Shown here: positions 21,929 to 31,324 of the stretch, one piece after another
Position numbering within the stretch: the first letter of the stretch is position 1
How the letters are laid out: every line of letters starts with the position of its first letter
Assembly: GCA_963663165.1 (NCBI GenBank)
Contig: OY760175.1
Span: forward strand, 3,200,001 to 3,264,000
From: an uncultured Desulfospira sp.
Lineage (GTDB): Bacteria > Desulfobacterota > Desulfobacteria > Desulfobacterales > Desulfobacteraceae
Length of the DNA stretch: 64,000 nt
Direction of reading: 5' to 3'
Position numbers and translations under genes: made by a program
Notes under the pieces: generated by a model
Seen by the model: only the letters and a program-made list of their open reading frames with translations
Database searches by the model: none
Told to the model about the DNA's origin: nothing

Positions 21929-23010
21929 AACATATTTTTCAGTCCTTGTTTTCCCCCAAAAAACATTCAGAGGAAAGTGGCCTTTCCGCGTTCAACCGGC
22001 AGCGGGTTGAAACCGAAGATGTCCAGTTTATTGACCATGGCATCACCACCATGCCATTGGAGGATATCATCGGCAGCGTAGGCAAATACGATGATTTCGA
22101 CTCTCAGTTCAGGCCAAGAAAGCATGTTGACAGCAACCGGTTTAACAGCATCAAACAGGCCATGAGGGAGGGAAAGCCCATCCCCCCGGTTAAATTGTAC
22201 CAGATCCGGAACGAGTATTATGTGGTGGATGGAAACCACCGGGTCGCGGCCGCAAAAGAGCTTGGCTGGACGGAAATCTCAGCCAAAGTCGTGGAGCTGC
22301 TGTCCAGTGAAAACACCATGGAAAACATGCTCTACCTGGAAAGGAAAAAATTTTACATCGCCACAGGCCTGCCCGAAGAGATCCAGCTGACCGAAGTGGG
22401 AAAATACAACTATCTCGAGTCCCAGATCAAAAAGCACCAGGTCTTCCTGGCCGGACAGTCCGGCAGGGACTGTGACCGGCAAAAAGCCGCCCGGGACTGG
22501 TACAATACCATCTACACCCCCCTTGCCACCATTATCGGCAACAGCGGGCTCCTCAAGTACTTCCCCAACCGGACCGTGGGGGACCTGTACACCTATATTG
22601 CCTACCACCACTGGGAAAGAAGCTCCAACCGGCGGTTCGGCATCGGCATTGACCAGCTCATTCCCAAAAGCATGGAAGGGTTCCGGAAAGCCATGCTGGA
22701 GAAAAAAACCCCGGATTACCCGGAAATGAAACGGAGCATCACCGCCTTTGTGCTGGTGAATACAGACCCCAAATTAGAGTATCAGATCGTTGACCTGTTG
22801 TTTGACATTGAAGAGATCAAGGAGGTCCATGCGGTTCACGGCCCGGTGGATCTCCTGGTCAAAGCGGTGATCAAACGGGACCTTCTGGCTTCCGATGCCG
22901 AGGTCATCGCTGAATTTGTAGAGATGCAAATCCGCCAGCTGGACGGGATCACCCGGACCCAGACCATGATCCCGGGACTGTCCAAGGTAAAAGAAGGCAT
23001 CATCTGTTAA
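21925..23010 (+). CDS. ParB/Srx-like domain protein with a C-terminal Lrp/AsnC ligand-binding-like domain
   Basis: IIGSVGKYDDFD..F.P, PPVKLYQ..YYVVDGNHRVAAA; C-terminal AFVLVN..EVHAVHGPVDLLVK..TRTQTMI. Confidence 0.75.
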   Translation: MKHIFQSLFSPKKHSEESGLSAFNRQRVETEDVQFIDHGITTMPLEDIIGSVGKYDDFDSQFRPRKHVDSNRFNSIKQAMREGKPIPPVKLYQIRNEYYVVDGNHRVAAAKELGWTEISAKVVELLSSENTMENMLYLERKKFYIATGLPEEIQLTEVGKYNYLESQIKKHQVFLAGQSGRDCDRQKAARDWYNTIYTPLATIIGNSGLLKYFPNRTVGDLYTYIAYHHWERSSNRRFGIGIDQLIPKSMEGFRKAMLEKKTPDYPEMKRSITAFVLVNTDPKLEYQIVDLLFDIEEIKEVHAVHGPVDLLVKAVIKRDLLASDAEVIAEFVEMQIRQLDGITRTQTMIPGLSKVKEGIIC

Positions 23011-23013
23011 TAT

Positions 23014-23102
23014 GGGGGCTTAGGCTGAAGGGAAGCCTGCCGAAACCATCTTTACCTTCGGTATGAGCCCCTTCAGCCCTCAGCCTATCCACCTTAAGCC
23101 CC
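23014..23102. repeat. Intergenic ggctgaag/cttcagcc inverted-repeat element
   Basis: ggggcttaggctgaaggg ... cccttcagccctcagcctatccaccttaagcccc. Confidence 0.6.
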
Positions 23103-23139
23103 ATTGTAACTGTCTGAAAAAAATAAAATAATTAAATCG

Positions 23140-23168
23140 TTGACAGCTTTTTATTTTAGCTCTAAGTT
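23140..23168 (+). promoter_or_regulatory. Putative sigma70 promoter of the glutamate synthase operon
   Basis: TTGACA-N17-TAAGTT. Confidence 0.55.
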
Positions 23169-23221
23169 TAAGGCTTTGGAAAAATATATATTCTTTTGTA
23201 CAGTAACAAGGAGAGTTTTAC

Positions 23222-24352
23222 ATGTGTCGTCTGTTTGCACTTACCAGCAGTGATCCGGTTTCCCCCATGCTGGCCATCAAGGCACTGGATGTCATGAAAG
23301 AAGGACATGACGGATCAGGCGTAGGCCTGCTGCTTCAGGATCTTGGCGGACCCTTTGAAGAAATCAAGGACTGCCCTATTTTATCCGGCATCTTTACGGA
23401 AGAAGGGCTTCGCCGCCTGGACCTTTTCATGATGGATATGGGGTTTTTGACCAAATATAAAATCTCCTTGAAAGTTCCCAAAAAATGCGTGGAAGGCACC
23501 CCGAGAAGGGGGGTCTACCTGATCCGGGCCTATGAACTTCCCGAGCACTGGGACCAGTATACCCAGGAAGAAATTGAAAGACGGTTTCTGGAAATCCGGG
23601 TGAAACTCAAGGAAATGGGTGAAGAAAAACAGGACATGATTGTCTTTTCTTTCTGGCCCGACGCCATCATGATCAAGGAAATCGGTGATCCCATGCAGCT
23701 GGCCGAATACTTAGGCCTGGACAGAAAGGAACTCAGGGCCCGGGTGATCATGGCCCAGGGGCGGCAGAACACCAACTATGCCATCAACCTTTATGCCTGC
23801 CATCCGTTTTTTATCAGCGGGTACTGCACCATGACCAACGGTGAGAACACGGCGTTTATCCCCATTAAAGATTTTCTGATGTCCAGGGGGATTCCAGGGT
23901 ATACCGGCTACCAGTCCGACTCCGAAGTCTTTGCCCATATTCTGCATTTTTCCATGATGGAACTTGGTTTAGGGATTGAAGGGTACAAACATGTGATTAC
24001 CCCCCTTCAAAGGGAAGCCCTTGAAATTCATCCCAATGCAGACTTCTTATTTCACCTGAAACGGACCTGCCGGCCCCTGATCATTGACGGGCCCAACTGC
24101 GTTATCGGCACCCTGCCGGACCATTCCCTGTTCATGGTTCAGGACAGAAAAAAACTGCGCCCCGGCGTTGTGGGCGGCAACCCCGGCATGTTTGGATTTT
24201 CATCGGAAATCTGCGGCCTGGATGCCGTGATCCCCGACCGGGACACCTCAAAAGATATTCAACCCATGCACCTTGACACCGCTATTGTTGGCCCTGAACG
24301 CCAGGAGGTAAATATATGTCGTCAAACAGAAGCCTTGAGCCTTCCTCTTTAA
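23222..24352 (+). CDS. Glutamate synthase, glutamine amidotransferase (class II) subunit
   Basis: N-terminal M-C nucleophile, GRQNTN, CHPFF, NGENT, SDSEV, DRKKLRP. Confidence 0.85.
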   Translation: MCRLFALTSSDPVSPMLAIKALDVMKEGHDGSGVGLLLQDLGGPFEEIKDCPILSGIFTEEGLRRLDLFMMDMGFLTKYKISLKVPKKCVEGTPRRGVYLIRAYELPEHWDQYTQEEIERRFLEIRVKLKEMGEEKQDMIVFSFWPDAIMIKEIGDPMQLAEYLGLDRKELRARVIMAQGRQNTNYAINLYACHPFFISGYCTMTNGENTAFIPIKDFLMSRGIPGYTGYQSDSEVFAHILHFSMMELGLGIEGYKHVITPLQREALEIHPNADFLFHLKRTCRPLIIDGPNCVIGTLPDHSLFMVQDRKKLRPGVVGGNPGMFGFSSEICGLDAVIPDRDTSKDIQPMHLDTAIVGPERQEVNICRQTEALSLPL

Positions 24353-25950
24353 GCTTAAACGATCTGCCCTGGCAGATTCAGTACAATAATGACCGCTGCA
24401 CCCTTTGCGGCCAATGCACGGCGGTTTGTCCGGTAAAGGCCATTGAGCTGACGGTTTTCAGAAAAAGAAACCTGAGGACCTCGGTGAACCAGCCCCACAG
24501 CCATTCCAACGAGTACACCACCTTTTACGGCATCAGCCAGAAGACCCGGGTGGAAAATGCCTGTATCGGCTGTGCCATGTGTACCATGGTCTGTCCCAAT
24601 GACGCCATCCGGCCCGTCAAAAATCAAGGCCTTGACCGCTTAAAATTCCATATCAACCAAAAGGGGATCCCCAGACGGCGCGGGGGCCGCAGAAATTCAT
24701 CTTTTTCCGTGCTGGACCGGATTAAGTTCACCCGGATCTCCATGCTCACAGACCCGGCCCTGGATGCGGGCCGTCACGAATTTGAAATGCGGACCCTCCT
24801 GGGACGGGTGCTGCCCCCCAGAGAAAACATGAAGCGCCTTCAGGAAAAGGGCTGGGTCCCGCCGGTCCGGGAAATCTATCCGTTGATCATCGGAGGCATG
24901 TCCTTTGGCGCCCTGTCTCCCACCATGTGGGAAGGGCTTCAGATGGGGGTGGCCTACTTAAATGAAGAAATGAACATGCCCGTGCGCATGTGCACCGGAG
25001 AAGGGGGCTGTCCCCCCCGGCTGCTGAGATCCCGCTTTCTAAAATATGTGATTCTCCAGATTGCCTCAGGGTATTTTGGATGGGATGAAATCATCCACGC
25101 CATTCCCCATATGAAAGAAGACCCCTGCGCCGTTGAAATCAAATACGGCCAGGGCGCCAAGCCCGGGGACGGCGGCCTTTTAATGTGGCACAAGGTCAAC
25201 AAACTTATTGCCGCCATCCGGGGGGTTCCCCAGGGCGTGAGCCTGCCCTCTCCCCCCACCCACCAAACCCAGTACTCCATTGAGGAGTCCGTGGCCAAGA
25301 TGATTTTGTCCATGTCCATGGCCTGGGGATTCAGGGTGCCGGTTTACCCGAAAATTTCGGCGTCCTCCACCTCCCTTGCCGTCATGAACAACTTGACCCG
25401 GAACGAGTATGCCGGGGGCCTGGCCATTGACGGAGAAGACGGGGGAACCGGCGCGGCCTATTCCGTATCCATGGACCACATGGGCCACCCCATTGCCAGC
25501 TGTATCCGGGACAACTACCTGAACCTCACCAAGCTGGGCAAACAAAACGAGATTCCCATCTTTGCCGGCGGCGGCATCGGAAAGAACGGCAACCTGGCCG
25601 CCAATGCCGCCGCCCTGATTATGCTGGGCGCCTCGGGTGTCCAGATCGGCAAGTATGTCATGCAGGCGGCGGCCGGATGTGTGGGAACCGAAGAAGACCG
25701 GTGCAACGTTTGCAACGTAGGGGTATGCCCCAAGGGAATCACCTCCCAGGACCCCAGGCTTTACCGGCGCCTGGACCCCGAAGACGTGGCCCAGCGGCTG
25801 GTGGATCTGTTTGTCTCCTTTGATACGGAACTCAAAAAAATCGTGGCCCCCCTGGGACGGTCCACATCTTTGCCCATCGGAATGTCCGATGCCCTTGGAA
25901 TTGACGACCATGCTGTTGCTCAACGCCTCAGTATCAAGTACGTGGTTTAA
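24316..25950 (+). CDS. Glutamate synthase FMN-binding subunit with N-terminal ferredoxin domains
   Basis: CTLCGQCTAVCP, MSFGALS, TGEGG, EIKYGQGAKPGDGGLL, CNVGVCPKGITSQDP. Confidence 0.9.
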   Translation: MSSNRSLEPSSLSLNDLPWQIQYNNDRCTLCGQCTAVCPVKAIELTVFRKRNLRTSVNQPHSHSNEYTTFYGISQKTRVENACIGCAMCTMVCPNDAIRPVKNQGLDRLKFHINQKGIPRRRGGRRNSSFSVLDRIKFTRISMLTDPALDAGRHEFEMRTLLGRVLPPRENMKRLQEKGWVPPVREIYPLIIGGMSFGALSPTMWEGLQMGVAYLNEEMNMPVRMCTGEGGCPPRLLRSRFLKYVILQIASGYFGWDEIIHAIPHMKEDPCAVEIKYGQGAKPGDGGLLMWHKVNKLIAAIRGVPQGVSLPSPPTHQTQYSIEESVAKMILSMSMAWGFRVPVYPKISASSTSLAVMNNLTRNEYAGGLAIDGEDGGTGAAYSVSMDHMGHPIASCIRDNYLNLTKLGKQNEIPIFAGGGIGKNGNLAANAAALIMLGASGVQIGKYVMQAAAGCVGTEEDRCNVCNVGVCPKGITSQDPRLYRRLDPEDVAQRLVDLFVSFDTELKKIVAPLGRSTSLPIGMSDALGIDDHAVAQRLSIKYVV

Positions 25951-25962
25951 AAGGAGGCTGCC

Positions 25963-28293
25963 ATGAAATCCAGCGACTATATTTTTGTACCCGGCAAAAG
26001 AGAAGAAAAAAGAATTCCCTCCAGGGTATTAGAAGAGACCATCCACCAGCACATCAGGGGTGGACAACGAAAACTTGAAGTTGAGGCATTCGGCCAGCAC
26101 GGTATTGGCGGAAGGCTCTGGGATGCCGGACAGGACCCCACCCATATCCGGGTCATCGGCCATCCGGGCCAGCGGGCCGGTTCTTTGGGAACACCCAACA
26201 CCACCATTGAAATCATGGGACCGGCGTCGGATGACGTGGGCTGGCTGAACGCCGGGGCACAGATCATTATCCACGGCAGCGCCTCTAACGGGATCATGAA
26301 CGGGGCGGCCCAGGGAAAGGTTTATGTGGGCGGCTCTATCGGGGCCCGGGGCATGACCATGACCAAACACAACCCCCGGTTTGAGCCCCCGGAACTCTGG
26401 GTTCTAGGGGCTGCAGGAGATTATTTCGGCGAGTTCATGGCCGGCGGCATTGCCGTGATCTGCGGCCATGGATTCGGCACCGACAACTCCATCATGGGGT
26501 ACCGCCCCCTGGTGGGCATGGTGGGCGGCAAGGTCTTTGTCCGGGGAAGCGTGGACGGGTTCAGTAAAAAAGATGCCCGAATTGCCCCCCTGTCCGACCA
26601 GGACTGGAGCTGGTTGTTGGCCAACCTGAAAACCTTTCTGGAAAACATCGACAAGGCCGACCTGTTCAATTCCCTGTCCCACCGGCCGGACTGGCAGCTT
26701 CTGACTTCCAAATCCCCTCAGGATAAAGCCGCCAGCGGGCAGCAGCTTTCCATGGCCGCATTCAGGGCCGAAGTCTGGGACCGGGAACTGGGCCGGGGCG
26801 GATTGATCGGAGACCTTCAGGAAACTGAACAGGGAACGGTTCCGTTAATTACCAAAGCAGAGTTCCGGCGGTATGTTCCGGTATGGGAACAGGGCAGGTA
26901 CCAGTCTCCCTGCCAGGCCGCATGCCCCACGGGCATTCCGGTCCAGGACCGGTGGGCCATGGTCCGTGCCGACAACATTGACGAAGCCATTTCCATGGGC
27001 CTGGAATATACCCCCTTCCCGGCCACGGTCTGCGGCTATCTTTGCCCAAGCCCCTGTATGGCCTCCTGTACCCGGAATATGGAAAACATGAACCCCATTG
27101 ATGTCAGGCTTCTAGGCCGTGCCGGGGAAAAGGTAACGCCCCCGGCACCAGCGCCCAAAACCAACAAACGGGTGGCCGTCATCGGGGCCGGCCCCGGCGG
27201 TATTGCCGCGGCATGGCACCTGACCCTCAGGGGCCACACAGCCGTGATCTTTGACGGCGGGGACAAACTTGGCGGAAAGATTTCCTCGGTCATCCCGGAA
27301 TCCCGGATACCTAGGGAAACCCTGGAATCCGAACTGAACCGAATCAAAGAGCTGGTCCCCGATATCCGCCTAAAGCAGCCCATTGATGACAAGGAGTTTT
27401 CCAGAATCAAGTCTGACTACGAGTTCGTTGTTGTGGCGGCGGGGGCCAGTAAACCAAGGACACTGCCTGTCCCCGGCATAGAGCATGCCGTGTTTGCCAA
27501 TGATTTTCTTGAAAATGCCAAACGTGTCAATTTCAAGCCGGGCAAACGGATCGTGATTATCGGGGCCGGAAACGTAGGCTGCGATGTGGCCACCGAAGCC
27601 CACCGGTTAGGGGCAAAAGACATTACCCTGATCGATGTCCAGAAACCGGCAGCATTTGGCAAGGAAAAAGAGGATGCTGAAAAATGCGGCGCCAAATTCA
27701 AATGGCCCCTGTTTACAAAGGAAATCTCAAAAAGAGGGGTTACCCTCAAGGATGATACCCTTCTGCCGGCCGATACCGTGGTCATTTCCATTGGGGATGT
27801 TCCGGATCTTACCTTTCTTGGCAAGCAGGTTGAGCTGAACAACGGCCTTGTGGGCGTGGATGAATTTAACCGGACCTCAGACCCCAAAGTGTTTGCCATC
27901 GGCGACATTGTGGCGCCCGGGCTGATCACTGATGCCATTGGCATGGGAAAACGGGCCGCCCTCAATATTGACCGGCTCCTTGCAGGGGAAAAACCGGATC
28001 AGGTCAAAGAGGGCACCATGATTGCCAAAGACCGGGTCAAACTCGAATACTATGATCCCAAAAAAGATGCCATGAACATGGCAGAGTGCGGGGCGGACTG
28101 CGCTTCCTGCGGCAACTGCCGGGACTGCGGCATTTGTGTGGCCGTCTGCCCGGAAGGGGCCATTGAACGGGTCGCCCTTGAAGATAACGGATTTGAATAT
28201 ACCGTGGATGAAACCAAGTGCATTGGGTGCGGATTCTGCGCCGGTGCCTGCCCTTGCGGGATATGGGCCATTGTTCCCAATACCCCATTGTAG
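25963..28293 (+). CDS. Glutamate synthase GXGXG domain fused to a GltD-like FAD/NAD(P) Fe-S oxidoreductase
   Basis: GXGXG repeats, GDYFGEFMAGG, CQAACP, GAGPGG, GAGNVGCD, C-terminal 2x[4Fe-4S] motifs. Confidence 0.88.
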   Translation: MKSSDYIFVPGKREEKRIPSRVLEETIHQHIRGGQRKLEVEAFGQHGIGGRLWDAGQDPTHIRVIGHPGQRAGSLGTPNTTIEIMGPASDDVGWLNAGAQIIIHGSASNGIMNGAAQGKVYVGGSIGARGMTMTKHNPRFEPPELWVLGAAGDYFGEFMAGGIAVICGHGFGTDNSIMGYRPLVGMVGGKVFVRGSVDGFSKKDARIAPLSDQDWSWLLANLKTFLENIDKADLFNSLSHRPDWQLLTSKSPQDKAASGQQLSMAAFRAEVWDRELGRGGLIGDLQETEQGTVPLITKAEFRRYVPVWEQGRYQSPCQAACPTGIPVQDRWAMVRADNIDEAISMGLEYTPFPATVCGYLCPSPCMASCTRNMENMNPIDVRLLGRAGEKVTPPAPAPKTNKRVAVIGAGPGGIAAAWHLTLRGHTAVIFDGGDKLGGKISSVIPESRIPRETLESELNRIKELVPDIRLKQPIDDKEFSRIKSDYEFVVVAAGASKPRTLPVPGIEHAVFANDFLENAKRVNFKPGKRIVIIGAGNVGCDVATEAHRLGAKDITLIDVQKPAAFGKEKEDAEKCGAKFKWPLFTKEISKRGVTLKDDTLLPADTVVISIGDVPDLTFLGKQVELNNGLVGVDEFNRTSDPKVFAIGDIVAPGLITDAIGMGKRAALNIDRLLAGEKPDQVKEGTMIAKDRVKLEYYDPKKDAMNMAECGADCASCGNCRDCGICVAVCPEGAIERVALEDNGFEYTVDETKCIGCGFCAGACPCGIWAIVPNTPL

Positions 28294-28310
28294 CCCATTC
28301 GGGCAGCATT

Positions 28311-28390
28311 TAGCTTTTAGCTGTTAGCGCCTGTAGCCGCCGATTTCAAAAGGTGCTAGCTAACAGCTAATTGCTAACAGCTAACGGCTT
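28311..28390. repeat. Heptamer-based inverted repeat (tagctgt / acagcta)
   Basis: tagcttttagctgttagc ... gctagctaacagctaattgctaacagctaacggct. Confidence 0.6.
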
Positions 28391-28471
28391 AATAAAAACC
28401 AGAACAAACGATCTGATCATTTATATATGGATAAATCCAAAGGAATTTGATTCCACTGATTTTCTTTGAGG

Positions 28472-28990
28472 CTACCGGGAGACGTCCCCATCTGCGTTGG
28501 GATCCTTGAAATCCCAGTATTTTGTTATCGTACCGACCGACCCGCCCATGTCATCCATCCCGTTATATTCCCATTCAATACGGCTGTAGTTAAGCGAGAT
28601 CTCTTCAACCGGGCGCCCCCCCTGGCCGAATGAATCTGAAATATTGATACTGGTGATGATGACTTCCCAAAGCTTAATTTGATACAACGGATGCAGCGTG
28701 CCGGACATGGTGGTGGTGATGACTTTGAGTTCTGCAGTTTCAATATCCCTCCTGTGGCAGCACAGATCCATGAGGGGAAGGCTGGATGAGTCAATAACCT
28801 TTGAGATCCTCAAATCGCCATGCTGGACCGCACCGATTCTCCGGCTATCGCCGCTGCCCATCATACTGGACCGGTCCACACTGGTTGCGACATTGTGGGA
28901 AAACCCTTCAATTCGGATCCACCCCGCGTGTGCCATGTCTTGGCTTTCCCCCTCTATGCCCTCAATTTTCATAAAAATGGCATTGGACAT
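28472..28990 (-). CDS. hcp: Type VI secretion tube protein Hcp (orphan)
   Basis: IFMKIEGIEGESQD..H.GWI, ISKVIDSSS, EEISLNYSRIEWEY. Confidence 0.88.
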   Translation of the reverse strand: MSNAIFMKIEGIEGESQDMAHAGWIRIEGFSHNVATSVDRSSMMGSGDSRRIGAVQHGDLRISKVIDSSSLPLMDLCCHRRDIETAELKVITTTMSGTLHPLYQIKLWEVIITSINISDSFGQGGRPVEEISLNYSRIEWEYNGMDDMGGSVGTITKYWDFKDPNADGDVSR

Positions 28991-29251
28991 GTTGCTTCTC
29001 CTTTTGTGATAGCCTTTAGCATGCTGATAAAGCTATTTATATGAAAGAATCTGCAAGCTGCTGTAATTCTTTCATGCTTTGTTGTGGGCTGAACCGGATT
29101 AACAATCCAATCGGCCCGTGGCCGTTAGTTCGTATTTTCTCTTAAATCCGCAGATTCCAGTTTATTCAATGCGCTTACGACAGCATGCTTATCATATATT
29201 ATATTTCTATACAGACAACATCTTTTTATATCCAGCAGTGGACGAATAAAT

Positions 29252-29680
29252 TCAATCAGCCGCATACCCCATTAAAATCTCCATATGCCCCGTGTGGTCA
29301 TCCACTTTTTCTTTGATGATTTCAAACCCGCATGTTTGATAGAATGCCATACTTTTGGGATTTTCTTTATATACTGCAAGTTCGAGCCTGTTCCTTAGGG
29401 ATGTTGCTTTATCCATTAACTTTCGCCCAATACCCTTTCCCTGAAATACGGGGGCCACAAACATGGCCGCCAGCACATCGCCGTGAAGGCAGAAAAATCC
29501 CTTTACGGTTTGATTTTCTATAAAAATATAGGTGTCGGAACGGGGAATATAAATGTCGCGCATGGCATCCATGTTTGATTCCCAAAAGGCCTTATCCATA
29601 AACCCATGGGCCTGTATGGAAGCGTTTAGCCAGATATCCAGCACAGCATGGATGTCTTGGGGCCCACACTTTCGTATCAT
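29252..29680 (-). CDS. GNAT N-acetyltransferase (YiaC-like)
   Basis: IWLNASIQAHGF, FVAPVFQGKGIGRKLM, VYKEN..FY. Confidence 0.88.
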   Translation of the reverse strand: MIRKCGPQDIHAVLDIWLNASIQAHGFMDKAFWESNMDAMRDIYIPRSDTYIFIENQTVKGFFCLHGDVLAAMFVAPVFQGKGIGRKLMDKATSLRNRLELAVYKENPKSMAFYQTCGFEIIKEKVDDHTGHMEILMGYAAD

Positions 29681-30501
29681 TTCCCCCCTCCTTCAGCCTT
29701 TTTTGACGGAAACAGGGCATTGGTTTTTCCGGTGATATAATAGGCCGCAAGCCCGGTCCATTCCCTTGCCGCCATGGCCAGAATGCGCAGATTTCCGGAA
29801 AAATTCAACCCGGGCTCTATTTCCCGGTCCGGCGGGGTAAAATGATCCACGGGGTATGGAATCACCGGCCAGCCCAGCTGATTAAACACCCCCACCGAAC
29901 GGGGCATGTGGGCGGCCGACGTTACCAGGACCCAGACCTGCCCAGGTTCCGGATGGGCCAAGTTCTTTGAGAACAACCCGTTTTCATAGGTATTTCTCGA
30001 TTTTTCCTCAAACAGGAAAGAGGCGGTATCCAAACCCAGGGCCTCAAAAACCGGCCGGGCCGTGTCCGTACATTTCCATTCCTGGCCTGTGGGGTCCCCT
30101 GATCCGCCCGTAAACAGATGGACCGCATCGGGGTAGGCCCTGACCAGGCGGATAAACCCCACATACCGGTCCGCTGAAGCATTCAATTCCGGCTGATGCC
30201 ACAGCCGGCTTAACTTGCTGATTTCCGCACCGCCCAGCATGATCACCCCATCCACCTTTTCGGGAAGTTCCGGATTGGCGGGAAAGCGCTGTTCCAGGGG
30301 GGCCAGCAGCATCATGCCCAGGGGAAAAACCGTGATCACCGACATGGCCAGAACCACGCCGGACAGTATCCACCTGGCCCGTTTCACTTTACCGGCAAAC
30401 CAGAACAGCATCCCGGCCAGGGCAGAAAACACCAACAAAAAATCAGGCGAGATCACCAGCCAGATCAGCTTGGACAACCAGAAAAACACCGTATCCATCA
30501 T
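29677..30501 (-). CDS. YdcF/ElyC (DUF218) family protein
   Basis: MLGGAE, FTGGSG, EEKSRNTYEN, LVTSAAHMPRS, PYPVD. Confidence 0.9.
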   Translation of the reverse strand: MMDTVFFWLSKLIWLVISPDFLLVFSALAGMLFWFAGKVKRARWILSGVVLAMSVITVFPLGMMLLAPLEQRFPANPELPEKVDGVIMLGGAEISKLSRLWHQPELNASADRYVGFIRLVRAYPDAVHLFTGGSGDPTGQEWKCTDTARPVFEALGLDTASFLFEEKSRNTYENGLFSKNLAHPEPGQVWVLVTSAAHMPRSVGVFNQLGWPVIPYPVDHFTPPDREIEPGLNFSGNLRILAMAAREWTGLAAYYITGKTNALFPSKKAEGGGK

Positions 30502-30604
30502 GGGGCCTGTCTCCTGAGAAATAGACGTGACTTATTAATCGTTATCCCTTTAGGCAAAGGCAGGATACCTTCTTCCTTCAGTCTAACCCCCTTCAGCCTT
30601 CAGC

Positions 30605-31324
30605 CTAATTCCCTGCCCTGGGAAACAGCAAAGACCGGATCCAGCCCCAGAGGGTATTGCCTTCAAGAATTTTTTTTTCATTTTCAGCCAGGACCCGGTT
30701 CATCTCTTCCGTATCGCCATACCGGTCTTTTCGGGTAATGATCGGCCGGTCCGGGTCCAGGGTCTTGATCACCCGGGCCGGATTGCCCCCGGCAATGACA
30801 TTGGTCGGAATGTCACAGGTCACCACGGCACCGGCACCGATAATGGAATTCCTGCCAATGGTCACCCCTTTGCAGACAATGGCCGAATCTCCGATCCAGA
30901 CATTTTCTTCCAGTACCACCCGGCTGGTCTCCTGTGGCGGCAGGGACCGGTCATAGATGCCGTGCCAGTCTGAATCCGTGATATAGGCGTTGCTGGCCAG
31001 CATGGACGAGTCTTTGATCACAATGGAATTGGCCGCGCTGATCCTTACCCCCGGGGAGATCAGGACATGGTCACCGATGACGATACCGTCAATATCTTTG
31101 CTTTCAGACCAGACCGTCAGCCTTGTCTTTTTATCTGAACAGCCCAGAAGGGTGATGTTGTTTCCGATACGGACCGGGCCGCCGAACACCTCAATATGCC
31201 AGGGTTTGACAATAAAGGGATTATCCCCCAGGGACGTCAGTTTCGGCGACAGGTAACGGCGGACATAGAAATTGAGAAAACGGTACCAGGCCTTTTTAAG
31301 ATAATAGGGCCGATAGTCTTTCAT
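30605..31324 (-). CDS. Hexapeptide-repeat acyltransferase
   Basis: ITDSDWH, NVWIG, GVTIGRNSIIGAGAVV, GGNPARVIK. Confidence 0.88.
   Translation of the reverse strand: MKDYRPYYLKKAWYRFLNFYVRRYLSPKLTSLGDNPFIVKPWHIEVFGGPVRIGNNITLLGCSDKKTRLTVWSESKDIDGIVIGDHVLISPGVRISAANSIVIKDSSMLASNAYITDSDWHGIYDRSLPPQETSRVVLEENVWIGDSAIVCKGVTIGRNSIIGAGAVVTCDIPTNVIAGGNPARVIKTLDPDRPIITRKDRYGDTEEMNRVLAENEKKILEGNTLWGWIRSLLFPRAGN

Noticed and set aside
21925..23010. Chromosome partition ParB
   Set aside because: No ParA partner, no recognisable parS site, and an atypical C-terminal domain.
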